A stretch of DNA of 64,000 nt from an uncultured Dehalococcoidia bacterium (lineage in GTDB: Bacteria; Chloroflexota; Dehalococcoidia; Lucifugimonadales; Australimonadaceae). The notes under the pieces are model-generated. The model was given only the letters and a program-made list of their open reading frames with translations. It did not search any database and was not told the DNA's origin. A program made the translations under genes and the position numbers. This document shows, piece by piece, positions 29,888-39,414 of the stretch (position 1 is its first letter; each line of letters starts with the position of its first letter). The DNA lies in NCBI GenBank assembly GCA_958295525.1, contig OY282355.1, positions 398,260-462,259 of the forward strand. Direction: 5' to 3'.

Positions 29888-32275
29888 CTAAGCGGACGGC
29901 AGGCCGACGGCGAACCCCGCCTCCCAGACCCTGCCTCCGCCGCGCGTGAATTGCCCCGTCTTGATGCGCGCAATCGCGTATTCCGGTAGAGCGATCACCG
30001 CCGCGCACTTGCCGTTGAACACAACGCCGTTCAGCCGGAAATCGAAGTCCAAGTTATCAAAGCCGTACTCCCGCCGCTCCTTGGGCAGGTCGCTTGCGCG
30101 CTCCGGCGTCACGTGCAGGAAGAAGGGGGGCTCGACGTCGGACGGGGCGCATGGCGCTCGCGTGTACGTCAGCGCGCGCTCATCCTTGTTGAGATGGATA
30201 TTGAACGCGGCGCGCGCGTCCGGCTCGCGGGACGCTGCTGCCGCGTAGGCCGCGCGGCTCCGCGTCGAGTCGAATGGAAACGCCGCGTCCCAAAGTTCGC
30301 CGCCGTCGTGCGCCCATTGCCATGTTCTGATGCTCGCGATAGGGTATTCCGGCAAAGGAACGCGCGCCATGCACTTGCCATCGAAATACTCCCCCCATCG
30401 GAAGAATTCGAAATCCATGCGCTCAAAACCTTCCGCTGCGTGCTCCTCAGGCAAATCCTCCACGCGCTCGGGGATGATGAGCAGGAAGAAGCGCGCCTCC
30501 GTATCCGTATCCGCCTGCTCGCACGGCTTCTTGAGATAAACAATTTCGTCGCCGGTCAAGTAGATGTCGAAAGAGCTGCGGGCAACCGGCTCACCGGACG
30601 GCGGAAGGCGGAACGCATCCTCGTCGCTTCCGAACAGCAGGTTGCGGTCTCTGACCAAGTAGAGGCTGATGTTCTCGGAATTTCCGGCGACGCGCTCCGC
30701 GCCGCCCTGTTCCAACCTATCGCTGATTTCCGCGATGGTCGGGTTGTCCTGAAGAACCAGCCAAATCTTCCCCGATCCGCCCACGCGCCCGGTTTTGGAG
30801 CGCAAGTCTGCGAGACATTCGCTTGCGGAATCCCAAGTGCAATTTCCGTATGAATATGCATCCGCGCGCTCATCCTGGTGAAAACGCATAATCGTATCCA
30901 CCCTGCCCGCCACGTAAACCGCGTCGTCCTCCGCCGCGTCTTCCAAAGCGGCGAGGATGCGCTCGAAGCCGCGGGGCGCGGCGTAAATGTTGCGTTCCGC
31001 GACTTCCCAAGCGCCCGTAACCGCGATAACCCCGGCCAGCAAAGCGACCCACGCGCCGCGCGCGCGCAGCGGGAACCGGATAGACGCGGCATGCAGCGCA
31101 TACCCGAACGTCACGAAGATAACCGGCCCCAAATACATATTCTGACGGATGCCGCCCAGCGGATAGACGCTCAACGCCGCCGCTGCTCCGACGCTTGCGA
31201 GAGAAAGCGCGAACAACAGGACGATAGGATTGATGCGGAATCCCGTTGCGATGCGCACGGCGAAAACCGCGCCCAATGCGGCGAGCCCCGCGAGCGCCGC
31301 AGCAACCGGGAGATGGTAGTTCAGCATATCCCAAATGCCTGAGAGCGCAAAGACCAGGACGGATTCCGATTCGCTGCTCGCATAGTAGTGAGAGGGCAAG
31401 TACCCGCTTACCCGATCCAAAGCGGCCAGTTGATAGCGCAAGGTGAGCGCGTAGGTGGCCGCGCAGCCCGCGAGAAAACAGGCGGACGGCCACGCGAGGT
31501 CGAGGCCCAGGCGAATCATTCTCCGCGCGACGCCAGCCCTCCGCCCCGTCGAAGCCTGCGGCGGTCCGAGCGGCGCGGCTTCCGCCGCAGCGTCGGGCCC
31601 CGTGGAGCCGGACGCGGAAGACGGCGCGAGCAGAGCGGCGGCTCTAGAGATTGCAAGCGTTCCCAGCGCCGCCGCTGCGAAGAGCGCGAGCCCAAATTGC
31701 GTGAGAGGCGCGATAAACAGGGAAACGCAGAGCAGCGCCTTCTTGCCGCTTTTCAAGTAGGCGAGAAGACCTACGATGATGAGCGCGGCGACCAGCGCGT
31801 CTACGCCGTAGATCCGCGCGTCCCGAGCGTGCAGCAGCGCCGGCGCCGAGACGGTGGCCATCAGCCCCGCAAGAAACGCGGCGGGCTTGCCGACGCCCAC
31901 CCGGGGCAGCAGGAAAACCAAAGCCGCCACGGTCAGAACGCTTGCGACCGCCGATGGGACGCGAACGCTGAATTCCGAAATTGATACGAATTGGGCCGCT
32001 CTCAAGAGCAGCGATCTAACCACTGGGCCGGAATTGCAACAGCGAAGACTCTCAATCATCTCCGAAAAAGAGCCTCGCGCCTGGAGCACGTCGATTGCCT
32101 CGTCGGAATGCAAATCTGCGCCGCCGAGGTCATAGAACCGCAGCGCAGCCGCGACGAGGAGCAGAGCGGCGCACGCGGCGTAGTAGAACGAATTTCCGGC
32201 CGCGAACCGCAGCGCCCGCCCGATGAGAGTCGGTTCAGGCGCCCCGCGCTCGGATGCCGCTAGTTGACTGAGCAT
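29888..32275 (-). CDS. GT-C fold (PMT/GT39/83-like) membrane glycosyltransferase with two C-terminal ~100-aa repeats
   Basis: LRFYDLG..DLHSDE, EFSVRVPS, ARDARIYG; ~11 hydrophobic segments; repeats Y.K.PC..FFL(H)..P...GF...DF.F...G..F.GKC...LPEY.I..I.T. Confidence 0.7.
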   Translation of the reverse strand: MLSQLAASERGAPEPTLIGRALRFAAGNSFYYAACAALLLVAAALRFYDLGGADLHSDEAIDVLQARGSFSEMIESLRCCNSGPVVRSLLLRAAQFVSISEFSVRVPSAVASVLTVAALVFLLPRVGVGKPAAFLAGLMATVSAPALLHARDARIYGVDALVAALIIVGLLAYLKSGKKALLCVSLFIAPLTQFGLALFAAAALGTLAISRAAALLAPSSASGSTGPDAAAEAAPLGPPQASTGRRAGVARRMIRLGLDLAWPSACFLAGCAATYALTLRYQLAALDRVSGYLPSHYYASSESESVLVFALSGIWDMLNYHLPVAAALAGLAALGAVFAVRIATGFRINPIVLLFALSLASVGAAAALSVYPLGGIRQNMYLGPVIFVTFGYALHAASIRFPLRARGAWVALLAGVIAVTGAWEVAERNIYAAPRGFERILAALEDAAEDDAVYVAGRVDTIMRFHQDERADAYSYGNCTWDSASECLADLRSKTGRVGGSGKIWLVLQDNPTIAEISDRLEQGGAERVAGNSENISLYLVRDRNLLFGSDEDAFRLPPSGEPVARSSFDIYLTGDEIVYLKKPCEQADTDTEARFFLLIIPERVEDLPEEHAAEGFERMDFEFFRWGEYFDGKCMARVPLPEYPIASIRTWQWAHDGGELWDAAFPFDSTRSRAAYAAAASREPDARAAFNIHLNKDERALTYTRAPCAPSDVEPPFFLHVTPERASDLPKERREYGFDNLDFDFRLNGVVFNGKCAAVIALPEYAIARIKTGQFTRGGGRVWEAGFAVGLPSA

Positions 32276-32355
32276 ATGCGAATCAGACCCGGCGCTTTAT
32301 CCGCTATTCCTTGAAATCCTGCCGCCGAACACCCGCTTCCGGCGCATCCCATGCC

Positions 32356-32890
32356 CGTCATTCCCGCGTAGGCGGGAATCCAGTACGCCGCGCAGCGCTA
32401 ATCATAGCGCTCGCTCCGACAACGCGCCGCCCCCCCTTCCCCGTCATTCCCGCGTAGGCGGGAATCTCGCCCCCCTGACCGGGCGCGCAGCGCCGTCCCA
32501 TCCTTTGCCGTCATTCCCGCGTAGGCGGGAATCCCGCGGCGCGCAAGCGCCCCCTCCCCCGTCATTCCCGCGTAAGCGGGAATCCAGTGGCGCGCAAGCG
32601 CCGGACGGGGCGCAACGCGCCCCGTCTCCAAATTCACTCCATGCGCCTCGTCATTCCTGCGAAAGCAGGAACCTACTGGGGCCCTCCCCCGTCATTCCCG
32701 CGTAGGCGGGAATCCAGTCGGCGCGCAAGCGCCACCTCCCCCGTCATTCCCGCGTAGGCGGGAATCCAGTCGGCGCGCAAGCGCCGGACGGGGCGCAACG
32801 CGCCCCGTCTCCAAAGCGCCCCATGCGCCCCGTCATTCCTGCGAAAGCAGGAACCTACTGGGGCCCTCCCCCGTCATTCCCGCCTTCCCG
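32356..32890. repeat. Composite palindrome cluster
   Basis: About nine units, including the variant GTCATTCCTGCGAAAGCAGGAACC and GGACGGGGCGCAACGCGCCCCGTCTCC hairpins. Confidence 0.92.
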
Positions 32891-32975
32891 AGAACCTAAC
32901 GGCTCGCCCCCCGGGCGGTTGCCCTCTGCGGACTATCGGCGTAGGCTTGCGCCAGACGACCGCGAGGAGCGCGCG

Positions 32976-34679
32976 ATGTACGACCTGCTGATCAGGAACG
33001 GACGAGTGGCCGACGGCTCAGGAATGCCGTCGTTCAACGCCGACGTCGGCGTCATCAACGGCCGCGTCGCCGACGTCGGGCGCCTCTCCGGCCCCGCGCG
33101 TCGCGAGATCGACGCCGATGAGCGCGTCGTCGCCCCGGGCTTCATCGACAACCACTGCCACTTCGATGCCCAGGTCACGTGGGACCCCCTCTGCACGTTC
33201 TCCCCTCAGCACGGCGTCACCTCCGTCATCTTCGGCAACTGCTCCCTCACGCTCGCGCCGGTCAAGCCCGACGACCACGACGCGCTGGCGATGATGCTCT
33301 CCCGCGTCGAGGCGATCCCTATGGAGAGCCTGCAGGCCGGCATCCCCTGGGAATGGACGACGTTCGGAGAGTATCTGGACTGCCTCGACCGGCGGCTCGG
33401 CGTGAACGCGGGAGCCCTCGTCGGCCACTCCGCCGTCCGCCGATGGGTTATGGGCGACGACGCCCACCAGCGCGCCGAAGCCACCCCCGCCGAAATGGAC
33501 GAGATGAAGCGCCTCGTCCGCGACTCCGTGCGCGAAGGCGCGCTCGGCCTATCGTTCAACCGCAACAGCGGCCACATGGACTTGCTCGGACGCCCCATCC
33601 CCGCGATCGTTCCCCCCGTTGACGAACTCTACGAACTGGCGGAGGCGCTCCGCGACGTCGGGGCCGGCGTCGTGCAGTGCGGCGCCGCCTACCCCCTCGA
33701 AATCCGCGACGGCTTCGCCACCAAACTCGGCGAACGCTCGCAGCGCCCTGTCGTCTACAACCAAATCGTCCACAACGCGAGCGAACCCGACCGCTGGCGA
33801 ACGCATATGGAAATCGTGGAGCGCGGCATTGCCGAAGGCCGGCAAGTCTATCCCGTCGTCAATCCCCGCCCGTCGGCGCAGCGCTTCACAATGCGGAACG
33901 CGCAGGTGTTCGACCGCCTTCCCGCGTGGCGGGAGGTGATGCTGGGCTCCGTCGAAGAGAAGGCGGCGGCCTTCCGCGACCCCGCCGCGCGCGCCCGGCT
34001 GCGCGAGGAAGCCGTCGAAGGGCGCGACCTCCCCACCGGCGCCCTCCCCATCAACTGGGAGCGCATCTTCATCACGCGAACGCTCAAGGAGCGCAACTCC
34101 GCCTACAAGGGAATGAGCGTCGCGCAAATGGCCGAGGCGCAGAACAAAGAAGTGCTCGACGGCTTCCTCGACCTTATGCTGGACGAAGACCTCGGCACCG
34201 GCTTGCAGAACAGCCAGTCGGGCGCCGACGGCGGCGTAATGGGGCGGCTCGTCGCAAGCCCCCACACCGTCATCGGCCTGTCCGACGCCGGCGCGCACGT
34301 CGTGTTCGAGGCCGGCTACGGCTACAGCACGCTCGTGCTCGGACGCTGGGTGCGGGACGAAGGCGCCCTCTCCCTGGAGGAGGCCGTCCGCAAACTCTCC
34401 TTTATGCAAGCGTCGCTCTTCGGCCTGCACGACCGCGGCCTGCTGCGCCCCGGCTACGCCGCTGACGTCGTCGTCTTCGATCCCGCCACCGTCGGCGCCG
34501 AGGAGCCCGACGAGGTGGACGACCTCCCGGGCGGCCTGACGCGCCTGCGCCAGCGCGCGGCGGGCGTGGACTACACCATCGTCAACGGCGAAGTCCTGCT
34601 GGAGAACGGCGACCACACCGGCGCGTACCCTGGCCGCGCCCTCCGCAGCCGCGCCCCCCTGTCCGTCATTCCCGCGTAG
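32976..34679 (+). CDS. N-acyl-D-amino-acid deacylase-like amidohydrolase
   Basis: VAPGFIDNHCHFDAQ, GNCS, SDAGAH, GLLRPGYAADVVVFDP. Confidence 0.9.
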   Translation: MYDLLIRNGRVADGSGMPSFNADVGVINGRVADVGRLSGPARREIDADERVVAPGFIDNHCHFDAQVTWDPLCTFSPQHGVTSVIFGNCSLTLAPVKPDDHDALAMMLSRVEAIPMESLQAGIPWEWTTFGEYLDCLDRRLGVNAGALVGHSAVRRWVMGDDAHQRAEATPAEMDEMKRLVRDSVREGALGLSFNRNSGHMDLLGRPIPAIVPPVDELYELAEALRDVGAGVVQCGAAYPLEIRDGFATKLGERSQRPVVYNQIVHNASEPDRWRTHMEIVERGIAEGRQVYPVVNPRPSAQRFTMRNAQVFDRLPAWREVMLGSVEEKAAAFRDPAARARLREEAVEGRDLPTGALPINWERIFITRTLKERNSAYKGMSVAQMAEAQNKEVLDGFLDLMLDEDLGTGLQNSQSGADGGVMGRLVASPHTVIGLSDAGAHVVFEAGYGYSTLVLGRWVRDEGALSLEEAVRKLSFMQASLFGLHDRGLLRPGYAADVVVFDPATVGAEEPDEVDDLPGGLTRLRQRAAGVDYTIVNGEVLLENGDHTGAYPGRALRSRAPLSVIPA

Positions 34680-34913
34680 GCGGGAATCTCGCCCCCCATG
34701 ATGGAGCGCGCAGCGCCTTCCTACCATGTCCGTCATTCCCGCGGAGGCGGGAATCCAGTCGGCGCGCAGCGCCCCTCAGTCCCGTCATTCCCGCGCAGGC
34801 GGGAATCCAGTCGGCGCGCAGCGCCTCTCAGTCCCGTCATTCCCGCGCAGGCGGGAATCCCGCCCCCATGACGGAGCGCGCAGCGCATCGTCGTTCTCGC
34901 GTAGGCGGGAATC
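34664..34913. repeat. CGTC/dRS3-like palindrome cluster
   Basis: Four to five units; the first overlaps the upstream CDS stop. Confidence 0.92.
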
Positions 34914-34955
34914 CACACTCCTGCTCCGTAGGCAACGTAAGAGATGAAAAAGAAG

Positions 34956-35033
34956 TGGCGCGCTAGGCGGGACTCGAACCCACGGCCTCATCCTCCGCAG
35001 GGATGCGCTCTATCCTGACTGAGCTACTAGCGC
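34956..35033 (-). tRNA. tRNA-Arg(GCG)
   Basis: Acceptor GCGCTAG/CTAGCGC, anticodon arm CATCC-CTGCGGA-GGATG, GGTTCGAGTCC, encoded CCA. Confidence 0.92.
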
Positions 35034-35080
35034 GCGCTTTGCGCTCCGCCGGTTCCCCCGGCGGCGGTATGCGGTTGTAG

Positions 35081-35166
35081 TGGTGCCGAGGGCGAGATTT
35101 GAACTCGCACGCCCGTAAGGACACTGCGCCCTGAACACAGCGCGTCTGCCGTTCCGCCACCTCGGC
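35081..35166 (-). tRNA. tRNA-Leu(CAG)
   Basis: GCCGAGG acceptor, CTGTG-TTCAGGG-CGCAG, long variable arm, encoded CCA. Confidence 0.95.
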
Positions 35167-35179
35167 GCGCCCCCCGCAG

Positions 35180-35256
35180 TGGTGGGCGATACAGGACTTG
35201 AACCTGTGACCTCTTGCGTGTGAAGCAAGCGCTCTAACCAACTGAGCTAACCGCCC
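35180..35256 (-). tRNA. tRNA-Val(CAC)
   Basis: GGGCGGTTAGCTCAGTTGG, CTTGC-TTCACAC-GCAAG, GGTTCAAGTCC, encoded CCA. Confidence 0.95.
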
Positions 35257-35419
35257 CACTGCGCTCAGCCGTCATTGTCGCACGGCGGAGGCCAACCTGT
35301 AAAGCCTCGCGCCTCGCCGACCCTGCATTGACGCGCCCAAGCCTTGCGGGGCGGGCGCGTCTGCGGTAGGATGGGGCGCGTCCGCCAACGAAACATCCTC
35401 TACGGAGGCTCGCCAACGT

Positions 35420-35632
35420 ATGTCCGTCATCAGCGCAACGCCGCCCAACGCCCGCGCCGTGTACCTAACGCTCATCATTCTGGGGGCGCTGGCCGCCGCC
35501 GCCGCCGGGTCGGTCATCGGGTACATCTCCTATAACTACGTGACGCGCGAGGAGTTGCGGAACCCCGTTCCGAAGGAGAAGAGCCTCGGCGAGGAGCACG
35601 CCGCTCTGCCCGCCGGGCTCTCGATCCTCTAG
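35420..35632 (+). CDS. Small single-TM hypothetical protein
   Basis: 70 aa, one hydrophobic helix, GGAGG upstream, fills the intergenic gap. Confidence 0.45.
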   Translation: MSVISATPPNARAVYLTLIILGALAAAAAGSVIGYISYNYVTREELRNPVPKEKSLGEEHAALPAGLSIL

Positions 35633-35668
35633 CGCAGGCCGCGAGGCTCAGCGCGATTGGGCGCCGCG

Positions 35669-36439
35669 ATGACGACGACACCGCCTTTCAGATTGGACGG
35701 CCAGGTCGCGGTGGTGACCGGCGGAAGCCAGGGCATCGGCAGGGCCGCGAGCCTCGCGCTCGCGCGCGCAGGGGCGGCCGTCGCGGTTACGAATCTCCCC
35801 GGCAAACGGGCGGACGTTGACGCCTTTACGCGGGAGATAGCGGACGCGGGAGGAACGGCGCGGGGGTACGATATGGACGTTGCGGACGTTCCGGGCATCG
35901 AGCGCGCGTTCGCCGCAATTACCGCCGACCTCGGCGGGCCGCATATTCTCGTGAACAACGCGGGGGTGTCCTCGCGGTCGAGCGCGCTGGACGTGTCGGA
36001 GGAGCATTGGGACGCGGTGCTGAGCGTGAACCTGAGAGGCGTGTTTTTCGCGGCGCAGGCCGCGGGTCGGCGGATGGTTCCCGCAGGCTACGGGCGCATC
36101 ATCAACATCGCGTCGCAACTGGCGGTGACGGCTGCGCCGAACCGGGCGGCGTACGTGGCGGCGAAAGGGGGCGTCGTCGCGCTCACGAAGTCGCTGGCGT
36201 TGGAGTGGGCAGGGCAGGGGATCACGGTGAACGCCGTCGGCCCCGGGCCGGTGGACACGCCGATGACGCGGAGCGCGGACCCGAACCGCGACGAGTCGGC
36301 GTTCCTGAGCCGCTCGCCCATCGGGAGGCGCCTGCAGCCGGACGAAGTCGCGGGCGCCATCGTCTTCTTGGCGAGCCGCGAGGCGGGCGCGGTCAACGGC
36401 CATCATCTCGTCGTGGACGGAGGCTGGAGCGTCGGCTAA
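35669..36439 (+). CDS. SDR-family oxidoreductase
   Basis: TGGSQGIG, NNAG, YVAAK, VDGG. Confidence 0.92.
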   Translation: MTTTPPFRLDGQVAVVTGGSQGIGRAASLALARAGAAVAVTNLPGKRADVDAFTREIADAGGTARGYDMDVADVPGIERAFAAITADLGGPHILVNNAGVSSRSSALDVSEEHWDAVLSVNLRGVFFAAQAAGRRMVPAGYGRIINIASQLAVTAAPNRAAYVAAKGGVVALTKSLALEWAGQGITVNAVGPGPVDTPMTRSADPNRDESAFLSRSPIGRRLQPDEVAGAIVFLASREAGAVNGHHLVVDGGWSVG

Positions 36440-36522
36440 GCGGACGCCAATTATCAGGGGGCGAGGTTCCCGCCTGCGCGGGAACGGCGGGACGGGGGGC
36501 GTCTCTCTTCTAGACGGCGCGC

Positions 36523-38355
36523 CTAGACGGCGCGGCGCAACTCCGCCATGAACGCCGGAATGAAATCCGCCCAGTCCGCGACGACCCCGATGTCCGCCTG
36601 ACCTCGAAAGAACGCGGCTTTGCGGTCGCCGTTGACGGCCAGAATCGCGCCTGATCGCTGTATCCCCACCGTGTGATTGAAGTCGCCCCGCACTCCGACG
36701 CCGACGTAGAGGCGCGGAGCGACGGAGCGGCCGGTGAGCCCTACTTGCCGCTGCCTCGGCATCCAGCCGGCCTCCACCACGTCCCGCGTGCAGATGAACT
36801 CCGCGCCGAGCAGGCCGCGCAGTCCGTCCAATTCGCGGATGCGCTCCGGCGCGCCGACGCCCATTCCAACGCAAACGACGGCGCGGGCGGCGTCCAGCGC
36901 GGCAGCGTCGTCGTCCGGCGAGAAGCGGAACGCCATCCGCCGCAGGCCGTCGTCCGGGGCGGGGGCGGGGCGCGTCTCGATGAGCGGAGCGCGCCGCGCC
37001 GGATTGGGGCGGAGGGAGCGGAAGACGCCGGGGCGCACCGTCGCCATATTCGGAAGCGTGCGCGAATAGATCGGCGCGACGATGTTGCCGCCGAACGCAG
37101 GCTTCAGTTGCGCGAGCCTTCCATCGGCGTCCACGTCGAGGCCGATGCAGTCGCCGGTCAGCCCGAGTCGGAGGCGCGCCGCGACCGTTGCCGCGAGTTC
37201 GCGTCCGTTGGGCGTCGAGGGCAGCAAAACGGCGAATGGCGAGCGTTCGGCTATCGCGCCGGCGAGCGCGGATGAGTGCTGGGCGGTGGAGCGCGCCGCA
37301 AGCCAGTCGCCTGAGGCGGCGATGACGGCGTCGGCCCCGGCGCGAGCGAGCGCGTCCGCATGCTCCGCCGCTTCCGGCCCGCCGATGATCACGGCGGCGA
37401 CGCAGCCGTTCAGCGCGTCGGCGGGAGCCTGCGCCGCCGCGAGCATCTCGAACGTCACGGGGCGCACTCCGCTCTCGTCCGCCTCGGCGACGACCCAGAA
37501 CTCGGGGCCGGCGGCGGGGCGCGGAGCGTCGGGCGGCGACTCGGCGGCGTCCGCGTCATCGCCGTCGGGCGCGAGGGCGCCCCGGGATGCGAGGAGCGCG
37601 ACGGCCTCGCGCGCCATCTCCTCCATGCTGCCGCCCTCGATGATCCTGCCATCGCGGGACGATTCGACTTGCCGCACTTCGGCCACCCAGGTCGGGGAGC
37701 CCGCCGCGCCGAACTGCGCCAGGTCGTCCGACAGGGCGGCGGCGGGCAGTTCGGCGATCTCGCGCTCCTCGGCGGCGCGGATGGCTTCACGGGACGGCCC
37801 GGCGTCGGATGCGGCGCCTTCCGTCACGGCGATGAGCAGGGGCAGCGGGCCCTCCACGACCTCGACGCCGTTTTCCAGCGCGCGCTCCGCCCGCGCCTTG
37901 CCGTCCGCCGTGATCTCCAACGTGCAGACGGCGGTGGCTTGGGGCAGGCCCAGCAACTCCGCGACTTGCGGCCCGACTTGCCCGGTCTCGGCGTCCACGC
38001 TGCTGGCGCCGAACAGGATGAGGTCGTAGGGCTCGCGGGCGAGGGCGAGCGCGAGCGCGCGGGACGTGGCCAGCGTGTCCGCGCCCGCGAACGCGGGGTC
38101 GTTGAGGTGAAACGCCTCGTCCGCGCCCATCGCCATGCACCGGACGAGGCCGCGCCGCGCGTCGGGCGGGCCCATCGTGTAGACGGCGACGCTGCCGCCG
38201 CGCTCGCGCTTCAGTTCGACGGCCAAGTTCACGGCGAGAACGTCGTAGGCGTTCAGTTCGTTCGGAACGCCCTCGCGGACGAGGCGTTTGGTTTCGGGGT
38301 CGAGCCGCACGCGGGACACGGCGGGAACCCATTTCACGCAGACGGCTATTTTCAA
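36523..38355 (-). CDS. Fused electron transfer flavoprotein beta-alpha
   Basis: TTG start after GGAGG; beta motifs KIAVCVKWVP, GADTLATS, DAETGQVG; alpha motifs GLTGDC, KPAFGGN, QVGLTGRSVAP. Confidence 0.88.
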   Translation of the reverse strand: MKIAVCVKWVPAVSRVRLDPETKRLVREGVPNELNAYDVLAVNLAVELKRERGGSVAVYTMGPPDARRGLVRCMAMGADEAFHLNDPAFAGADTLATSRALALALAREPYDLILFGASSVDAETGQVGPQVAELLGLPQATAVCTLEITADGKARAERALENGVEVVEGPLPLLIAVTEGAASDAGPSREAIRAAEEREIAELPAAALSDDLAQFGAAGSPTWVAEVRQVESSRDGRIIEGGSMEEMAREAVALLASRGALAPDGDDADAAESPPDAPRPAAGPEFWVVAEADESGVRPVTFEMLAAAQAPADALNGCVAAVIIGGPEAAEHADALARAGADAVIAASGDWLAARSTAQHSSALAGAIAERSPFAVLLPSTPNGRELAATVAARLRLGLTGDCIGLDVDADGRLAQLKPAFGGNIVAPIYSRTLPNMATVRPGVFRSLRPNPARRAPLIETRPAPAPDDGLRRMAFRFSPDDDAAALDAARAVVCVGMGVGAPERIRELDGLRGLLGAEFICTRDVVEAGWMPRQRQVGLTGRSVAPRLYVGVGVRGDFNHTVGIQRSGAILAVNGDRKAAFFRGQADIGVVADWADFIPAFMAELRRAV

Positions 38356-38544
38356 CGCGGCCTCCGTCGCGGCGGATGCGGCATAGCATCTCCTGAGTTG
38401 GTCGACAATGCAGGGGGCGGGTCGGCGCGGAAGTTCATCGCGGCAAGAAAGGGTTGGCCTCTTTAGGTCGGCGAGTGTAGCATACCCCTCCGCAGACTGT
38501 CTGCGGTCACTGACTACGAGGAGAGGACGGGAGCGAGCGCGACA

Positions 38545-39414
38545 ATGCCAACCGCAACGCTGGACGGCGCGTCCATCGCCTACACGGAGGCCGGCGACGG
38601 CCTGCCGCTCGTCTTCTGCCACGAGTTCGCGGGCAGCATCGAGAGTTGGGAGCAGCAAACCGGCTACTTCTCCCGACGCTACCGCGCCGTCGCCTACAAC
38701 GCCAAAGGCTACCCGCCGTCCGGCGTTCCGGCGCGCTGGGAGGAGCATACGTGGGACCGGCAGGTTCGCGTTCTGCTGGAGTTGCTCGACCATCTCGGCG
38801 CGGAGCGCGCGCATATCTGCGGCCTCTCGATGGGCGCCTACACCGCCGTCCAGTTCGCCCTCGAGCGCCCGGAGCGGTGCATCGGCGTCGTCGCGGCGGG
38901 CGTCGGCACGGGCAGCGCCGACCCTGCGGCCTTCCTGCGCGAGTCCGAGGAGCGCGCCGCGCTGCTGGACGCGGACGGCATGGCCGGAATGGAGGCGTAT
39001 CTTTCCGGCGCGACGCGCATCCGCTTCCGCGAGAAAGACTCCGCCGGATGGGAGCGGTTCGCCGCCCTCTTCCGCGCCCATTCGCCGCAAGGCTCCGCCA
39101 ACACGCTGCGCGGATTCCAGGGCCGGCGCCCCAGCATCTACGACCGCGAGGCCGACCTCGCCCGCCTGAGCGTTCCCTTGCTCGTGATCTGCGGCGACGA
39201 GGACGATCCCTGCATCGAGCCGTCGCTTTTCCTCAAGCGCGTCGTCCCCAATTGCGGGCTCGCGGTTTTGCCGCGCACGGGCCACGCCTGCAACTTGGAA
39301 GAGCCCGCCGCTTTCAACGCGCTCGTGGCCGAGTTCCTCGCGCAGGCCGAGGCCGGACGCTGGGGGCCGCGCCCCGCCGACAGCGGCGACAACTGGGCCG
39401 CGACCGCCCGCTAG
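38545..39414 (+). CDS. Alpha/beta hydrolase
   Basis: HEFAG, GLSMG nucleophile elbow, GDEDD, GHACNLEEP. Confidence 0.9.
   Translation: MPTATLDGASIAYTEAGDGLPLVFCHEFAGSIESWEQQTGYFSRRYRAVAYNAKGYPPSGVPARWEEHTWDRQVRVLLELLDHLGAERAHICGLSMGAYTAVQFALERPERCIGVVAAGVGTGSADPAAFLRESEERAALLDADGMAGMEAYLSGATRIRFREKDSAGWERFAALFRAHSPQGSANTLRGFQGRRPSIYDREADLARLSVPLLVICGDEDDPCIEPSLFLKRVVPNCGLAVLPRTGHACNLEEPAAFNALVAEFLAQAEAGRWGPRPADSGDNWAATAR

Noticed and set aside
34956..35256. Prophage or genomic island integrated at the tRNA cluster
   Set aside because: No integrase and no duplicated tRNA 3' end seen
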